DNA of 64,000 nucleotides from Candidatus Cloacimonadota bacterium. GTDB taxonomy: Bacteria; Cloacimonadota; Cloacimonadia; JGIOTU-2. Position 1 is the stretch's first letter. Every line of letters begins with the position of its first letter. Position numbers and translations under genes: made by a program. The notes below the pieces were generated by a model. That model made no database searches, was not told the DNA's origin, and worked only from the letters and a program-made list of their open reading frames with translations. The stretch is from positions 128,001 to 192,000 of the forward strand of contig JBNGBT010000004.1 in assembly GCA_049903315.1 (NCBI GenBank), read 5' to 3'. Of this stretch, positions 7,926 to 18,523 are shown in pieces.

Positions 7926-9695
7926 TTACAATGATCGTACACTTGCCAGATGCAGTATAAATACTGCGCCATTTGGTTCGTTGTCTTCCACAGAAATAGT
8001 TCCACCCCATCTTTTTACGGATTCCCGAACAATATATAATCCAATTCCGGTATGCCCCTTTTTGCCGTACACAAATCCTTCATCAAATATTTTATCTTTA
8101 ATTTTATCAGGAATACCCTTTCCATAATCTGCAATTTTGATAGAACAATTATCATTATCAGAGGTGATAGTAATATCTATTTTTAAAGTTTCACTATGCA
8201 CTGCTGCATTGCTTATAATATTGTCTATTACAGAATCGATCGCATCATCGGCAAGGATTTTATCATGACCTGTTACGGTAAATTCTATTTCTGGATAATG
8301 TTTGATAACCTTGTTTATGATGTCGGAAATCTCAACAATTTTCAGGTCTTCCGATGAGATCATATCTTCCTGCTCCCTCATTTTATTTATCAACATAATG
8401 CTCTTTTCTACCTTGCTAAATGCTTCATCCAGAAGTGATTCATCATTCTCTTTTCTATACAATTTTAATGCTGCATCAATCACAGAAAGATTATTTATTA
8501 TATCATGCCTAAGTATCTTATTTAACAAAGTCAGTTGCCTTTCACGAGTTTCAAGTTTTCTGTTTTTGATATTCACCATTTCGTTTGCTTTTGCAAGTTC
8601 AACATTTTTAAGCCGATAGATTTCCGCTTCCCTTTCCTTTTGCTCGGTTTCATACTTGGTGCGCATCTCAGCAATCTGCTTTGATTGTTGGTCATTGAAC
8701 AACTCACCTTTTAGTTCTGAGAATTTTTTATGATAGAAAAGAGCTTGCTTAAAATCTTCTTGCTCCTCAAACAGTATGAAAAGCGAATCTAAAGCGTTAA
8801 GTTCTAAACCTTTCGCTTTTATGCTACGAGCGATATCCAGTGCTTTTTTTAAATGATCAAATGCTTGCTGAAAGTCTTTTTTTCTCGTATGAAGGTTACC
8901 CAAACTTGTCAATGACGTTACATCTCCAAATGGATCTTTAGTTTCATTAAATAACTCATTGGATTTTTTCAAAAATGATAGTGCTAAATCTTGCTCCCCT
9001 TTCTCAATATAGATATTTCCAATATTGACATATGAGACTGCGACGGAATGTTTATCTTCGGATTTCTCTTTTATATAGAGTGCCTTAAGGAGATATTCAA
9101 GTGCAAGGTCATGTTTATCTTGTCTTTCGTATACAATTCCAATATTATTCAAAGATATTGCGATATCTCTTTCTGATCCGATTTCTTCTTTTATTTTAAG
9201 TGATTTTAAATGATGATTCAACGCTTCATCATAGCTTCCCTGTTTTTCATATATAATACCAATGTTATTACAACATGCTGCGACATATGCTTTATCCCCG
9301 GCTTGATCCCAGACTCGGAGAGCACGAAGATAATATTCCAACGCTTTATCATAATTTCCCAACTTTTCATATATTCCACCGATATTATTTTTAGTACCGG
9401 CTATTTTATGCATCATCTTCAACTGCCTAAACATGTGAAGAGCTTTATGGTAATATTTTAGCGCTTCATTGTAATTACCCCTGCGATGATATGATATGCC
9501 GATAATATTATAACTCCGCGCAATATCAGGTTTTGACTTTAATCGGGTTGCAAGTTCGAGAGCTTCTTGTGCATAATACTCGGTTTTCTCCGGATCAGAA
9601 ACATTAAGTGCAAATGCAAGATCATTCAAATTGGTTAATTTTTCTTCTCCAGAAGAGTTGCGAACTTTTTTCTCGAGTTCTTTAATGTTATCCAT
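7926..9695 (-). CDS. TPR-repeat sensor histidine kinase
   Basis: Multiple NNIG..Y...G.YD.AL TPR repeats; H-box ILRHDIINNL; G boxes DYGKGIP and GHTGIGL. Confidence 0.92.
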   Translation of the reverse strand: MDNIKELEKKVRNSSGEEKLTNLNDLAFALNVSDPEKTEYYAQEALELATRLKSKPDIARSYNIIGISYHRRGNYNEALKYYHKALHMFRQLKMMHKIAGTKNNIGGIYEKLGNYDKALEYYLRALRVWDQAGDKAYVAACCNNIGIIYEKQGSYDEALNHHLKSLKIKEEIGSERDIAISLNNIGIVYERQDKHDLALEYLLKALYIKEKSEDKHSVAVSYVNIGNIYIEKGEQDLALSFLKKSNELFNETKDPFGDVTSLTSLGNLHTRKKDFQQAFDHLKKALDIARSIKAKGLELNALDSLFILFEEQEDFKQALFYHKKFSELKGELFNDQQSKQIAEMRTKYETEQKEREAEIYRLKNVELAKANEMVNIKNRKLETRERQLTLLNKILRHDIINNLSVIDAALKLYRKENDESLLDEAFSKVEKSIMLINKMREQEDMISSEDLKIVEISDIINKVIKHYPEIEFTVTGHDKILADDAIDSVIDNIISNAAVHSETLKIDITITSDNDNCSIKIADYGKGIPDKIKDKIFDEGFVYGKKGHTGIGLYIVRESVKRWGGTISVEDNEPNGAVFILHLASVRSL

Positions 9696-9930
9696 TGACT
9701 ATTCCTTTGCTAAATTGAAAGATGTATTATTTAAAGAAGAATTAGGGTAAATAATTTTTTATATTTTCAAGGTGAGAAAAGGATAATCATTCCGTCAAGA
9801 TAAAAGTATTAATTAATAATTATATAATTCACAGATTGTACTTAAATATGAAGTTATGAGCAAGTGTTGTTTTTGTACTTTATTTGCTAAAATGTTGACA
9901 GTAAATACACTCCAAAATCTCTGAAATACT

Positions 9931-10692
9931 ATGAAAAGAATTCTATTAACAAATGATGATGGTGTCTTTGCAGAAGGGATCGGCGATCTTGCGAAGGTTC
10001 TTCGAAAAAAATATGATGTTACTATTGTTGCTCCGGATAGGGAGCGCAGTGCTGCGTCGCATTCACTCACCATTCACCATCCTCTTCGCATTTTCAAGAT
10101 CAAAGAAGATAAGTATGCAGTGGATGGCACACCGACCGATTGTGTGATACTTGCTACTCATAAGATAATAAAAACCAAGATCGATCTTGTCATCTCGGGA
10201 ATTAATAATGGTCCCAATATGGGAGAAGATATACTCTATTCCGGCACGGTTGCTGCAGCCATAGAGGCAATGAACCTGGGACTTCCAGCCCTTGCCGTTT
10301 CAATGGGTTTTCGGGATAAAGGTGATTTTAAAGACGGCGCAGAAATACTCTTACACATGCTCGAACATGACCTATTTTCGATTATGTCAGCCGAATCTAT
10401 TTTGAATATTAATTTACCGCCTGTTCCTTTGAAAGAAGTAAAAAGTTTCAAGGTAACCAAGCTGGGGCATCGGGTGTACAGTGACTTCATAAAAGAACGG
10501 CATGATCCGCGTGGGCGTCCATATTATTGGATTGGTGGGCAAACTCCAGATTGGACTGGTGGAGTGGAAACAGATTTTCATGCGGTGGGGGAAAATAGCG
10601 TTTCAATTACTCCCATTACTATAGACATGACCAAGTATGCCTACTTCCCCCAGATCACAGAGTGGATTGAGAAGAATAAATTGAAATCTTAA
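9931..10692 (+). CDS. surE: 5'/3'-nucleotidase SurE
   Basis: ILLTNDDG, GTPTDCV, SGINNGPN, YSGTVAAA. Confidence 0.97.
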   Translation: MKRILLTNDDGVFAEGIGDLAKVLRKKYDVTIVAPDRERSAASHSLTIHHPLRIFKIKEDKYAVDGTPTDCVILATHKIIKTKIDLVISGINNGPNMGEDILYSGTVAAAIEAMNLGLPALAVSMGFRDKGDFKDGAEILLHMLEHDLFSIMSAESILNINLPPVPLKEVKSFKVTKLGHRVYSDFIKERHDPRGRPYYWIGGQTPDWTGGVETDFHAVGENSVSITPITIDMTKYAYFPQITEWIEKNKLKS

Positions 10693-10712
10693 TAAATACC
10701 AAAAAATCCTGA

Positions 10713-11366
10713 ATGGACTACACAAAGCAACGGAATAACATGGCCGAGTACCAGATAAAAGCACGCGGCATTACGGACGAACGGCTGCTGGATGCATTTA
10801 GAAAAGTGGAGCGACATCTATTCATTCCGGGTAATTCTGGCCATTTTGCATATAGTGACGGACCAATGTCTATAGGGGAAGGACAGACTATTTCCCAGCC
10901 CTACATCGTTGCGCTTATGCTCGATCTGCTGAAATTACAACCAGATAATGTTGTGCTGGAAATCGGTACGGGTTCCGGCTATCAAACTGCACTTCTTGCA
11001 GAGATAGCACAAGTAGTATATTCAATAGAGAGGATACCGTCTCTCGCTGTAAATGCAAGGCAATTACTAAAAAAACTGGGCTACTCAAATATAAAGATCC
11101 AACAAGGTGATGGCACTCTCGGCTGGAAACCAGAAAATGAAAACGAGAATGACATTGCCTTTGATGCGATTATAGTTTCCGCTGCAGCACCCTCTGTTCC
11201 CAAAAGCCTTCTGGTTCAACTGAAAGAAGGTGGACGTTTAGTGCTGCCTTGTGGAAGCAAATTTGTGCAGGACTTGATCTGTGTAAAAAAAGAAAATGGG
11301 AATATCATAAAAGAGAGTTTCGGCGGATGCCAGTTCGTGCCGCTTATTGGAGAGCAGGGATGGTAA
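10713..11366 (+). CDS. pcm: Protein-L-isoaspartate O-methyltransferase
   Basis: GQTISQPY, VLEIGTGSGY, FVPLIG; conserved surE-pcm order. Confidence 0.97.
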   Translation: MDYTKQRNNMAEYQIKARGITDERLLDAFRKVERHLFIPGNSGHFAYSDGPMSIGEGQTISQPYIVALMLDLLKLQPDNVVLEIGTGSGYQTALLAEIAQVVYSIERIPSLAVNARQLLKKLGYSNIKIQQGDGTLGWKPENENENDIAFDAIIVSAAAPSVPKSLLVQLKEGGRLVLPCGSKFVQDLICVKKENGNIIKESFGGCQFVPLIGEQGW

Positions 11367-12046
11367 AATTAAAATTTATTACATTTGTTCTTATGCTTCT
11401 GCTGACGATGCCGGTATTTCTTGGCAGTGATGAACCACCTGATGAACCGGGAAAACAAGCAAAATTCTCAAAATACTTTAAAGAGAAAAATGTATCAGAT
11501 GAAGCTGTCGTTGTTTTACTTGCCACACTTCCGATTTTTGAACTGCGGGGAGCAATTCCCTGGGCAATTCATCATTATAAGATGCCGTGGTATAAAGCAT
11601 ATCTGCTTGGAGTTTTTGGTAATTTTCTGCCAATTCCATTTGTACTCCTTATTCTAAAATATGGATTGGACTTACTTTCACGGATTCCTTTTTTCAGGAA
11701 ATTTTTTGAATGGCTCTTCGCCAGAACAAGACGAAAAGGCACTCTTATAAAAAAATATGAAGCGCTGGGACTCATACTTTTTGTCATGATACCTCTACCG
11801 GTAACCGGTGCATGGACAGGGAGCATTGCAGCATATATTTTTGGAATAAAATTCTTTCCCGCACTCCTTTGCATCTTAATCGGAATATGCCTTGCAGGCG
11901 TTATTGTCACGACCTTGAGTATGTTCGGAATGTGGGGTGCATTCATAGCGATTATAGCTTTATTGACATTATTTATCATATGGCTCATAAAATTCATCAA
12001 AGCAATAAAAGCCGCCAGAAACAGCGAAAAGGGGGCAACTGAATGA
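11360..12046 (+). CDS. Putative small multidrug export / COG2426 membrane protein
   Basis: LPIFELRGAIP, FVMIPLPVTGAWTG; ATG 11360 overlaps the pcm stop. Confidence 0.85.
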   Translation: MVKLKFITFVLMLLLTMPVFLGSDEPPDEPGKQAKFSKYFKEKNVSDEAVVVLLATLPIFELRGAIPWAIHHYKMPWYKAYLLGVFGNFLPIPFVLLILKYGLDLLSRIPFFRKFFEWLFARTRRKGTLIKKYEALGLILFVMIPLPVTGAWTGSIAAYIFGIKFFPALLCILIGICLAGVIVTTLSMFGMWGAFIAIIALLTLFIIWLIKFIKAIKAARNSEKGATE

Positions 12047-12627
12047 AGTTAAAAGACTTCTTTGCACCGAAAACTGAAAAGGTCGATGAGGAAAAAGATC
12101 TGATCCGATTCCTCTCTGAAGTAGAACTTTTTGAAAATCTTACTCGGAACGAACGTAAAAATCTTTCTCAACACCTTTATGAACGCATCTACAAAGAAGA
12201 CGAAGTCGTGTTTAAAAAAGGATATCCAAATGTGGTCATGTATATCGTGAAAGAAGGTGAACTTCAAACTTTTCTCGATTCCAAAGATGGGGAAAGTCTC
12301 AAAACAATAAAACCCACTGATTTTTTTGGAGAAGTGGGACTGTTTCTTGAAGAAGAGCGTACTGCAACAATTGTGGCATCAAAGGATTCTGTGCTTCTGG
12401 GTATTTCCAAAAGAGATATGAACAGATTCATCGATGAGTTTCCGCGCGCAGGCAGTAAGATCTTGAGGAAATTAGCTACTGTTCTTTGCACTCATCTTAT
12501 TAATACTAATAAGACACTTACAGGTAAAAGAGATGAACTTATCGAGCTGAAAAAACACCTTGAAGACAACGAACACCAACTCCAGGAATTAAAGAGTTCA
12601 CAGGAAGTTGAGACAGAAAAGAGCTGA
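12043..12627 (+). CDS. Cyclic-nucleotide-binding domain protein
   Basis: LFENL, MYIVKEG, FFGEVGL...RTAT; C-terminal coiled coil; no HTH seen. Confidence 0.88.
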   Translation: MKLKDFFAPKTEKVDEEKDLIRFLSEVELFENLTRNERKNLSQHLYERIYKEDEVVFKKGYPNVVMYIVKEGELQTFLDSKDGESLKTIKPTDFFGEVGLFLEEERTATIVASKDSVLLGISKRDMNRFIDEFPRAGSKILRKLATVLCTHLINTNKTLTGKRDELIELKKHLEDNEHQLQELKSSQEVETEKS

Positions 12628-12629
12628 TC

Positions 12630-13700
12630 ATGGATAGAATAAAAGTAATCCGTCTTGTGATAGGAGTTTTGACCCTTGGTATTGCAGTTCTGGGTATTCT
12701 GTTTTATAAATCAATTCTCTCTTACCTGGTAATTTCCGGGATCATTGCCTATCTTTTATCACCACTGATAAACTATGCTCAAAAGTTCCATATTCCTCGA
12801 GCGCTCTCTATCCTGATCGTGTACATTATTGTGATCGTGCTTATCATTGTATTGATAAATGTGATCATTCCACAAGTAAAATTACAAGCAGAAGAAGCTT
12901 CAAAATTCTTCAAACAGATCGTTCGGGATCCTGGAGCTTTCAGCTTAAAATCATTTGGTTTAGACGGTCTTTCAAAATTTATAGATCGTATGCAAACAAA
13001 GTTTACCTTTATCAACGTCGATGAATACACTCAAATGCTTGGAGAGAAATTCGTTGGATTGATCAATGCTATTCCACAGATACTCATTAATTCTCTCAGC
13101 GGTATAATCAATTTCCTTGCATTTCTTGTTGTGATCCCCTTTGTCTGCTTTTTCCTTTTAAAGGATGAACGCCAGCTCATGAAAACCTTTTTCAGCTGGA
13201 TACCGAATAGATATTTTGAGTTCTCCATATACTTATTTGAGAAGATCGAAGATAGTTTTGGACGTTACTTGCGCTCCATTTTATTGGAAACAATAATTGT
13301 GACAATCCTATCCTATATCGGACTCCTGATCCTTGGAATTCCCTATGCACTTACTCTTAGTATCATTATTGGTCTGACAAATCCGATCAAGTTTTTTGGA
13401 CCCTTTATTGGGTTCGTCCCGGTGATTTTGGTCATACTGTTCAGTCCTGTGCCCAATGTTATGGTCATCTATGCGATTCTCATGTCAATCATCGTTCAGC
13501 AGATCGACAGCAATATATTGTTCCCGTCCCTGGTTGGCAAAGGACTTGGCATGCATCCACTCTGGGTGTTACTGACTGTTATAGCCGGTGGTTATGCATT
13601 CGGTGTGCTCGGACTCCTGCTTGCAGTTCCGGTCGTGTTTCTTATCAAAACAGTTATACAGGTTTCTGCAACAAGTTTGAAACAATTTGAAATCATATAA
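12630..13700 (+). CDS. AI-2E family (PerM) transporter
   Basis: IAYLLSP, FFLLKD, PIKFFGP, QQIDSN, GMHP, GLLLAVP. Confidence 0.9.
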   Translation: MDRIKVIRLVIGVLTLGIAVLGILFYKSILSYLVISGIIAYLLSPLINYAQKFHIPRALSILIVYIIVIVLIIVLINVIIPQVKLQAEEASKFFKQIVRDPGAFSLKSFGLDGLSKFIDRMQTKFTFINVDEYTQMLGEKFVGLINAIPQILINSLSGIINFLAFLVVIPFVCFFLLKDERQLMKTFFSWIPNRYFEFSIYLFEKIEDSFGRYLRSILLETIIVTILSYIGLLILGIPYALTLSIIIGLTNPIKFFGPFIGFVPVILVILFSPVPNVMVIYAILMSIIVQQIDSNILFPSLVGKGLGMHPLWVLLTVIAGGYAFGVLGLLLAVPVVFLIKTVIQVSATSLKQFEII

Positions 13701-13739
13701 TTCGAAAAATACAATACCAGATAAATAGAAAGGAGATCT

Positions 13740-14321
13740 ATGGCTCGCTGGCAATCATTAGAAGGTTCTATATTACATACGACGCAGGAGGGCTCCCAGG
13801 AGCATTTTCTAAAAGATTTTTTTGAAAATAAAGCTTTTATTCCCAAGACGAAAAGGGAAAAGCAAGAATATGAGGATTTTTCATTTGTGAGTAGTGCTAT
13901 GGCGCTTCTCATCTACGTGGCACAATCGGATGGTGAAGTGGATAAGGATGAAAAAGATATGATCATGAAGGAACTGAAATTCCAGCTTAATCAGCGTCAT
14001 TTTGAGTATGAAACTCTCGCAGAAGAGATCGGTCCGGATGAAATGAAAATTCTCATCCATCTTTTTGATCATTTCAGAACTGAGATTGCAGAAAAATCAT
14101 GCGATCTGGATGAAATTATTCGGGTCATCAATATGATCTATAAAAAGAATCCTTACAAAAGAATGTTCCTCGTTCGTTTGTGTTACTATGTGGCATATGC
14201 GGATAAGAAATTCTCGAAAGAGGAGTTTGCGACAATAGAAAAGGTCGCAAAAAAACTCGATGTGTCTGTAGCGGATTCAAGCAGAATAGAGCAGGAAGTA
14301 CGTACCGAACTGAAAATATAA
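13740..14321 (+). CDS. TerB/DjlA-N-like protein
   Basis: VAQSDGEVDKDE and VAYADKKFSKEE twin motifs. Confidence 0.75.
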   Translation: MARWQSLEGSILHTTQEGSQEHFLKDFFENKAFIPKTKREKQEYEDFSFVSSAMALLIYVAQSDGEVDKDEKDMIMKELKFQLNQRHFEYETLAEEIGPDEMKILIHLFDHFRTEIAEKSCDLDEIIRVINMIYKKNPYKRMFLVRLCYYVAYADKKFSKEEFATIEKVAKKLDVSVADSSRIEQEVRTELKI

Positions 14322-14409
14322 GAATAGTTTTGTTTTTATACCTTGTGAAATTTGACACAATTTCTCGCTATCACAGCGTTAGGAACAATTGAATTATTCA
14401 GGAGGATAT

Positions 14410-14736
14410 ATGTTCCAAGGTGGAAAAGGTCTTCAGGACTTGCTCAAACAAGCACAGAAGATGCAAAAAAAGATGATGGAAAGCCAGGAAGCTCTGGCAC
14501 AGCAAACTGTGGAAGCTTCTGCAGGCGGTGGTATGGTTAATGTCGTGATGAATGGAAACCAGGAGCTTATCTCATTGAAGATCGAAAAAGAAGTTGTCGA
14601 TCCTGATGATGTAGAAATGCTGGAAGATCTCATCATTGCTGCGGTGGAAGAAGCCAGGCAAAAAGTCAAAGAAATGGTCGAAAGTGAAATGTCCGGTTTG
14701 ACTGGCGGTCTGAAGATTCCTGGACTCACAGCATAA
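14410..14736 (+). CDS. ybaB: Nucleoid-associated protein YbaB/EbfC
   Basis: KQAQKMQ, ASAGGGMV, DDVEMLEDLI; GGAGG RBS at 14401; precedes recR. Confidence 0.95.
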   Translation: MFQGGKGLQDLLKQAQKMQKKMMESQEALAQQTVEASAGGGMVNVVMNGNQELISLKIEKEVVDPDDVEMLEDLIIAAVEEARQKVKEMVESEMSGLTGGLKIPGLTA

Positions 14737-15329
14737 TGTTTGAAGGAAAATTAGAAAAGCTCAAAGACGGCTTTAAGCAGTTGCCCGGAATCGGCGAAAA
14801 AACTGCAGAGCGTCTTGCCTTTTATCTTATCAGTCAGGATAAACAGGTGGGATTGAATCTCGCAGAACTGATCAACGATTCGATCAGTTCGATACAAAAG
14901 TGCGAAAGCTGCAATATGCTGTCCGAAGCAAGTCCTTGTCATTTCTGTGCAGACGATGAAAGGGATAGTGCATCTCTGTGCGTTGTGGAGAAATCACAGG
15001 ATGTCTATCTTATTGATGAGACTGGAGTGTACAATGGACGGTATTTTGTGTTGGGAAATCTCATTTCTCCATTGGATGGCATTGGACCGAACCATATTAA
15101 TTTTCCAAAGCTCAAAGAAATGATCGAGAAACAAAATATAAAAGAGATAATACTTGCGTTAAATCCGAGCAGTGCAGGTGAGACAACCATGGCTTTTATC
15201 ACTTCCAAGTTACAAAGCCCGGCAAGAAAGATCACGCGGCTGGCAACAGGATTGCCCGTTGGCGGGGATATTGAGTACACAAGCTCAAAAACTCTTGCAA
15301 GCGCACTGACTCATAGAAACGAATTATAA
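14736..15329 (+). CDS. recR: Recombination mediator RecR
   Basis: LPGIGEKTAERLA HhH, C4 zinc finger, Toprim, RLATGLPVGGDIEY. Confidence 0.97.
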   Translation: MFEGKLEKLKDGFKQLPGIGEKTAERLAFYLISQDKQVGLNLAELINDSISSIQKCESCNMLSEASPCHFCADDERDSASLCVVEKSQDVYLIDETGVYNGRYFVLGNLISPLDGIGPNHINFPKLKEMIEKQNIKEIILALNPSSAGETTMAFITSKLQSPARKITRLATGLPVGGDIEYTSSKTLASALTHRNEL

Positions 15330-15342
15330 GATTGGAGTAAAA

Positions 15343-15900
15343 ATGGCATCAACTGCTGATTTTCGTAATGGAATGGTCATTCTTTTTAAAGACAGTTTAT
15401 ATGTAATCGTGGAGTTTCAACATGTAAAACCAGGCAAGGGTGGTGCCTTTGTACGAACTAAACTGAAAAATGTGAGGACAGGTCAGGTTATTGATAATAC
15501 TTTTCGTTCTGGAGAGAAGGTGGAAGAGGTTCGTATTGAAAAGAAAAAAATGGAATATCTCTATAATGACGGCATGCATTTCGTCGTAATGGATCCAGAG
15601 ACCTATGCTCAGATAGAGCTCAACGAAGAGCTTATTGGGGACAGCAAATTTTTCATGAAAGAAAACACTGAGATCGCTCTTTTTCAAACTGAAGACGAGA
15701 TCATTTATATAGAGCTTCCTACAACAGTAAATCTTGAAGTGGTGGAATGTGAGCCCGGGATCAAGGGCAATACTGTTACCAATGTAACGAAGAGTGCCAA
15801 GCTGGAAACCGATCTCGAAGTACAGGTTCCCATGTTCATCAATAATGGCGATATTCTGAAAATCGATACACGGACAGGTCAATACATCGAAAGAGTGTAA
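15343..15900 (+). CDS. efp: Elongation factor P
   Basis: HVKPGKGGAFVR, PGIKGNT, IDTRTGQYIER. Confidence 0.98.
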   Translation: MASTADFRNGMVILFKDSLYVIVEFQHVKPGKGGAFVRTKLKNVRTGQVIDNTFRSGEKVEEVRIEKKKMEYLYNDGMHFVVMDPETYAQIELNEELIGDSKFFMKENTEIALFQTEDEIIYIELPTTVNLEVVECEPGIKGNTVTNVTKSAKLETDLEVQVPMFINNGDILKIDTRTGQYIERV

Positions 15901-15908
15901 ACGGACTC

Positions 15909-16424
15909 GTGCAGTACATAAATAAGCCCATTTACTGCCTTTCTTGCGGGGGAAAACTCTCAGAAAAACAGGACGATAATAACAAAATTCGTCATTTTTG
16001 CCCTGCCTGCGGCTGGACCTATTATGCCAATCCCATTCCTGCGGCTGCTTGTGTGGTGCTGAACAGCGATCATGAACTGTTACTTATTAAAAGAAAGAAC
16101 GAACCTAAGCCCGGAAGTTGGGCGTTGCCGAGCGGGTATGTAGAGATTAATGAAACTGCAGCGGAATGCGCGGTTCATGAACTCGAAGAAGAAACGGGCT
16201 TGCTTGGAAACACAGAAAAGTTTTTAGGTCACTTTTTTCAAAGCTCATCAATTTATAAACGGGTTATTACTTTTGGATTTCTTATGAAAATAATGGGCGG
16301 AAACCTGAAACCCGGGGATGATGCGCTGGACGCACGATATTTTCCAATGAATACATTACCTGAAATCCCTTTCACATCACATATAGAACTGATCTCAATT
16401 ATCAAAAAGGAATTTGATCTATGA
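15909..16424 (+). CDS. Zinc-ribbon NUDIX hydrolase
   Basis: CLSCG...CPACG; Nudix box GYVEINETAAECAVHELEEETG. Confidence 0.9.
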   Translation: MQYINKPIYCLSCGGKLSEKQDDNNKIRHFCPACGWTYYANPIPAAACVVLNSDHELLLIKRKNEPKPGSWALPSGYVEINETAAECAVHELEEETGLLGNTEKFLGHFFQSSSIYKRVITFGFLMKIMGGNLKPGDDALDARYFPMNTLPEIPFTSHIELISIIKKEFDL

Positions 16425-17023
16425 TGAAACTCGTCCTTGCTACTCATAATAAAGATAAGATAACTGAAATAAAAGCTTTGTTACAACAGCTGCCAATCGA
16501 AATATTGACCTTTTCTGATTTTGACCATTTCCCGGATGTTGTTGAAGATCGCGATACACTCGTGGGAAATGCAGAAAAAAAAGCGCGAGAAATATTCAAT
16601 ATTACGGGAATACCTTCAATGGCGGACGATACCGGTCTTTTTGTCGATGCCCTCGATGGAGAACCTGGTGTGTTCAGTTCGCGATATGCAGGAGAGAACG
16701 TCACGTACGAGGATAATAGGAAAAAACTTCTTTCAGAAATGAGAGATATTCCTGCATCGAAAAGAGATGCGGCTTTTAAAACTGTCATTGTGTTGATCGT
16801 GAACGAGAAGGAAAATTTTGTTGTTGAGGGGAGTTGCGAAGGGTATATTGGATTTGAAGAAAAAGGCACAATGGGCTTTGGATATGATCCGATATTCTAT
16901 ATGCATGATTCGGGAAAAAGCTTTGCAGAACTCACTGTGGAAGAAAAGAATAAGATCAGCCATCGGGGACGGGCATTGCAGAAAATAAAAGAAATTTTAG
17001 AAAAAATAACAAAAAATACATGA
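16421..17023 (+). CDS. rdgB: XTP/dITP diphosphatase (RdgB/Ham1)
   Basis: ATHNKDK, ADDTGL, GFGYDPIF, KNKISHRG. Confidence 0.96.
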   Translation: MMKLVLATHNKDKITEIKALLQQLPIEILTFSDFDHFPDVVEDRDTLVGNAEKKAREIFNITGIPSMADDTGLFVDALDGEPGVFSSRYAGENVTYEDNRKKLLSEMRDIPASKRDAAFKTVIVLIVNEKENFVVEGSCEGYIGFEEKGTMGFGYDPIFYMHDSGKSFAELTVEEKNKISHRGRALQKIKEILEKITKNT

Positions 17024-17039
17024 CTTCATTGAGGTGGAA

Positions 17040-18368
17040 ATGGATAAAAAAGAGGTTCTAAAAAAAGTAGCAGAGGAGAATGTAAAGTATATCCTTCTCC
17101 AGTTTTCAGATATTTACGGAATGGTAAAAAGTATTACAATCCCGGTCAATCATCTCGAATCTTCGCTCGAGCATGGCACCTGGTTTGACGGTTCATCAAT
17201 AGAGGGTTTTGCACGAATAGCAGAGAGCGATATGTATCTTATGCCCGATCCTGAAACCTACACGATCATTCCCTGGCTTGATTCCGAGGATGGAAACACT
17301 GCGCGGTTGATCTGCGATGTGTATGGTCCCGACGGAAATCCTTTCGAGGGTGACCCTCGATATATACTGAAAAAAGTCCTTCTTGAAGCAGAAGAAATGG
17401 GATATTTCTTTAAAACCGGTCCCGAGCTCGAATTTTTTCTGTTAAAAAAGGATGATGGATTGCATACCCTTCCGCATGATAAAGCCGGTTACTTTGATAT
17501 GACCATGGATCAGGCATATGAAATTCGCAGAGAAATGACCTCGATGCTGCAGATAATGGGAATCAATGTCGAAGCAACACATCACGAAGTAGGGATTGGT
17601 CAGCATGAGATCGATTTTCGTTATGACCATGCTTTGAAAACTGCAGATAATGCGACCACGATCAGATTTGCATTAAAAGCAATTGCCCAGAAATACAACC
17701 TGCTTGCGACATTTATGCCCAAGCCGATCGCAGGTATTAATGGAAGCGGAATGCATGTCCATCAAAGTTTGTTTGATGAAAAAGGAAATAATGTATTTTT
17801 TGATAAGAAGAATCAGTACAATCTTTCTGAAATTGCATATCACTTTCTTGCTGGACAGCTCAAACACATCAAGGGAATGACAGCGATACTCAACCCGATC
17901 GTGAATTCTTATAAACGACTTGTGGTGGGTTATGAAGCTCCAGTATATATAAGTTGGGCGCGCACAAATAGGTCTTCACTTATCAGAATTCCCCGCTATC
18001 TCGAAGGAAGAAGTCAATCAACACGGCTCGAACTCCGCAGTCCTGATCCAAGCTGTAATATTTATCTTGCATTTGCAGTTATGCTCAAAGCCGGTCTGGA
18101 AGGAGTGAAAATGAAATTGCAACCTCCTAAACCTGTTGAAGAGGATGTCTATAACTTCAGTGATGCCAGACTCGAAGAAATGAAGATCGACACACTTCCC
18201 GGTTCACTGCTTCAGGCATTATATGAACTGAAAAAAGATGGGCTCGCAAAAGAAGCACTCGGCACACATACATTCGAGCGCTACGTAGAAGCAAAAGAAA
18301 AGGAATGGGACGAGTTCCGCATACAGGTGACAGAATGGGAGCTTGCGAGGTACCTGGAATTGTATTAA
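17040..18368 (+). CDS. glnA: Type I glutamine synthetase (GSI-alpha size class)
   Basis: FDGSSIEGF, HHEVG.GQHEI, FMPKP..GINGSGMH, GYEAP, RLELRSPD. Confidence 0.95.
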   Translation: MDKKEVLKKVAEENVKYILLQFSDIYGMVKSITIPVNHLESSLEHGTWFDGSSIEGFARIAESDMYLMPDPETYTIIPWLDSEDGNTARLICDVYGPDGNPFEGDPRYILKKVLLEAEEMGYFFKTGPELEFFLLKKDDGLHTLPHDKAGYFDMTMDQAYEIRREMTSMLQIMGINVEATHHEVGIGQHEIDFRYDHALKTADNATTIRFALKAIAQKYNLLATFMPKPIAGINGSGMHVHQSLFDEKGNNVFFDKKNQYNLSEIAYHFLAGQLKHIKGMTAILNPIVNSYKRLVVGYEAPVYISWARTNRSSLIRIPRYLEGRSQSTRLELRSPDPSCNIYLAFAVMLKAGLEGVKMKLQPPKPVEEDVYNFSDARLEEMKIDTLPGSLLQALYELKKDGLAKEALGTHTFERYVEAKEKEWDEFRIQVTEWELARYLELY

Positions 18369-18404
18369 TTAGTTTTTAATATAATTCAAATGAATCAAAA
18401 AAAA

Positions 18405-18481
18405 CACCACAGAGCACACAGAGACAAAAGAGAAAATCTCCTCTTGAGAGGAGTACTCCGATTTATCGGAGGGAGGTGTGT
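18405..18481. repeat. REP-like intergenic cluster
   Basis: CACCACAGAGCACACAGAGAC (same family as the GxxExxY left repeat), then hairpins CTCCTCT-TG-AGAGGAG and CTCCGAT-TT-ATCGGAG. Confidence 0.6.
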
Positions 18482-18523
18482 CACTATGAAAATATATAGT
18501 TTTTGCTTGAATAATTATCATAT

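Noticed and set aside
11249..11359. Extended N-termini in the ORF track (11249; also 14389, 33061, 51612, 56418)
   Set aside because: They overlap upstream genes or lack an RBS; downstream ATGs with better context were chosen.
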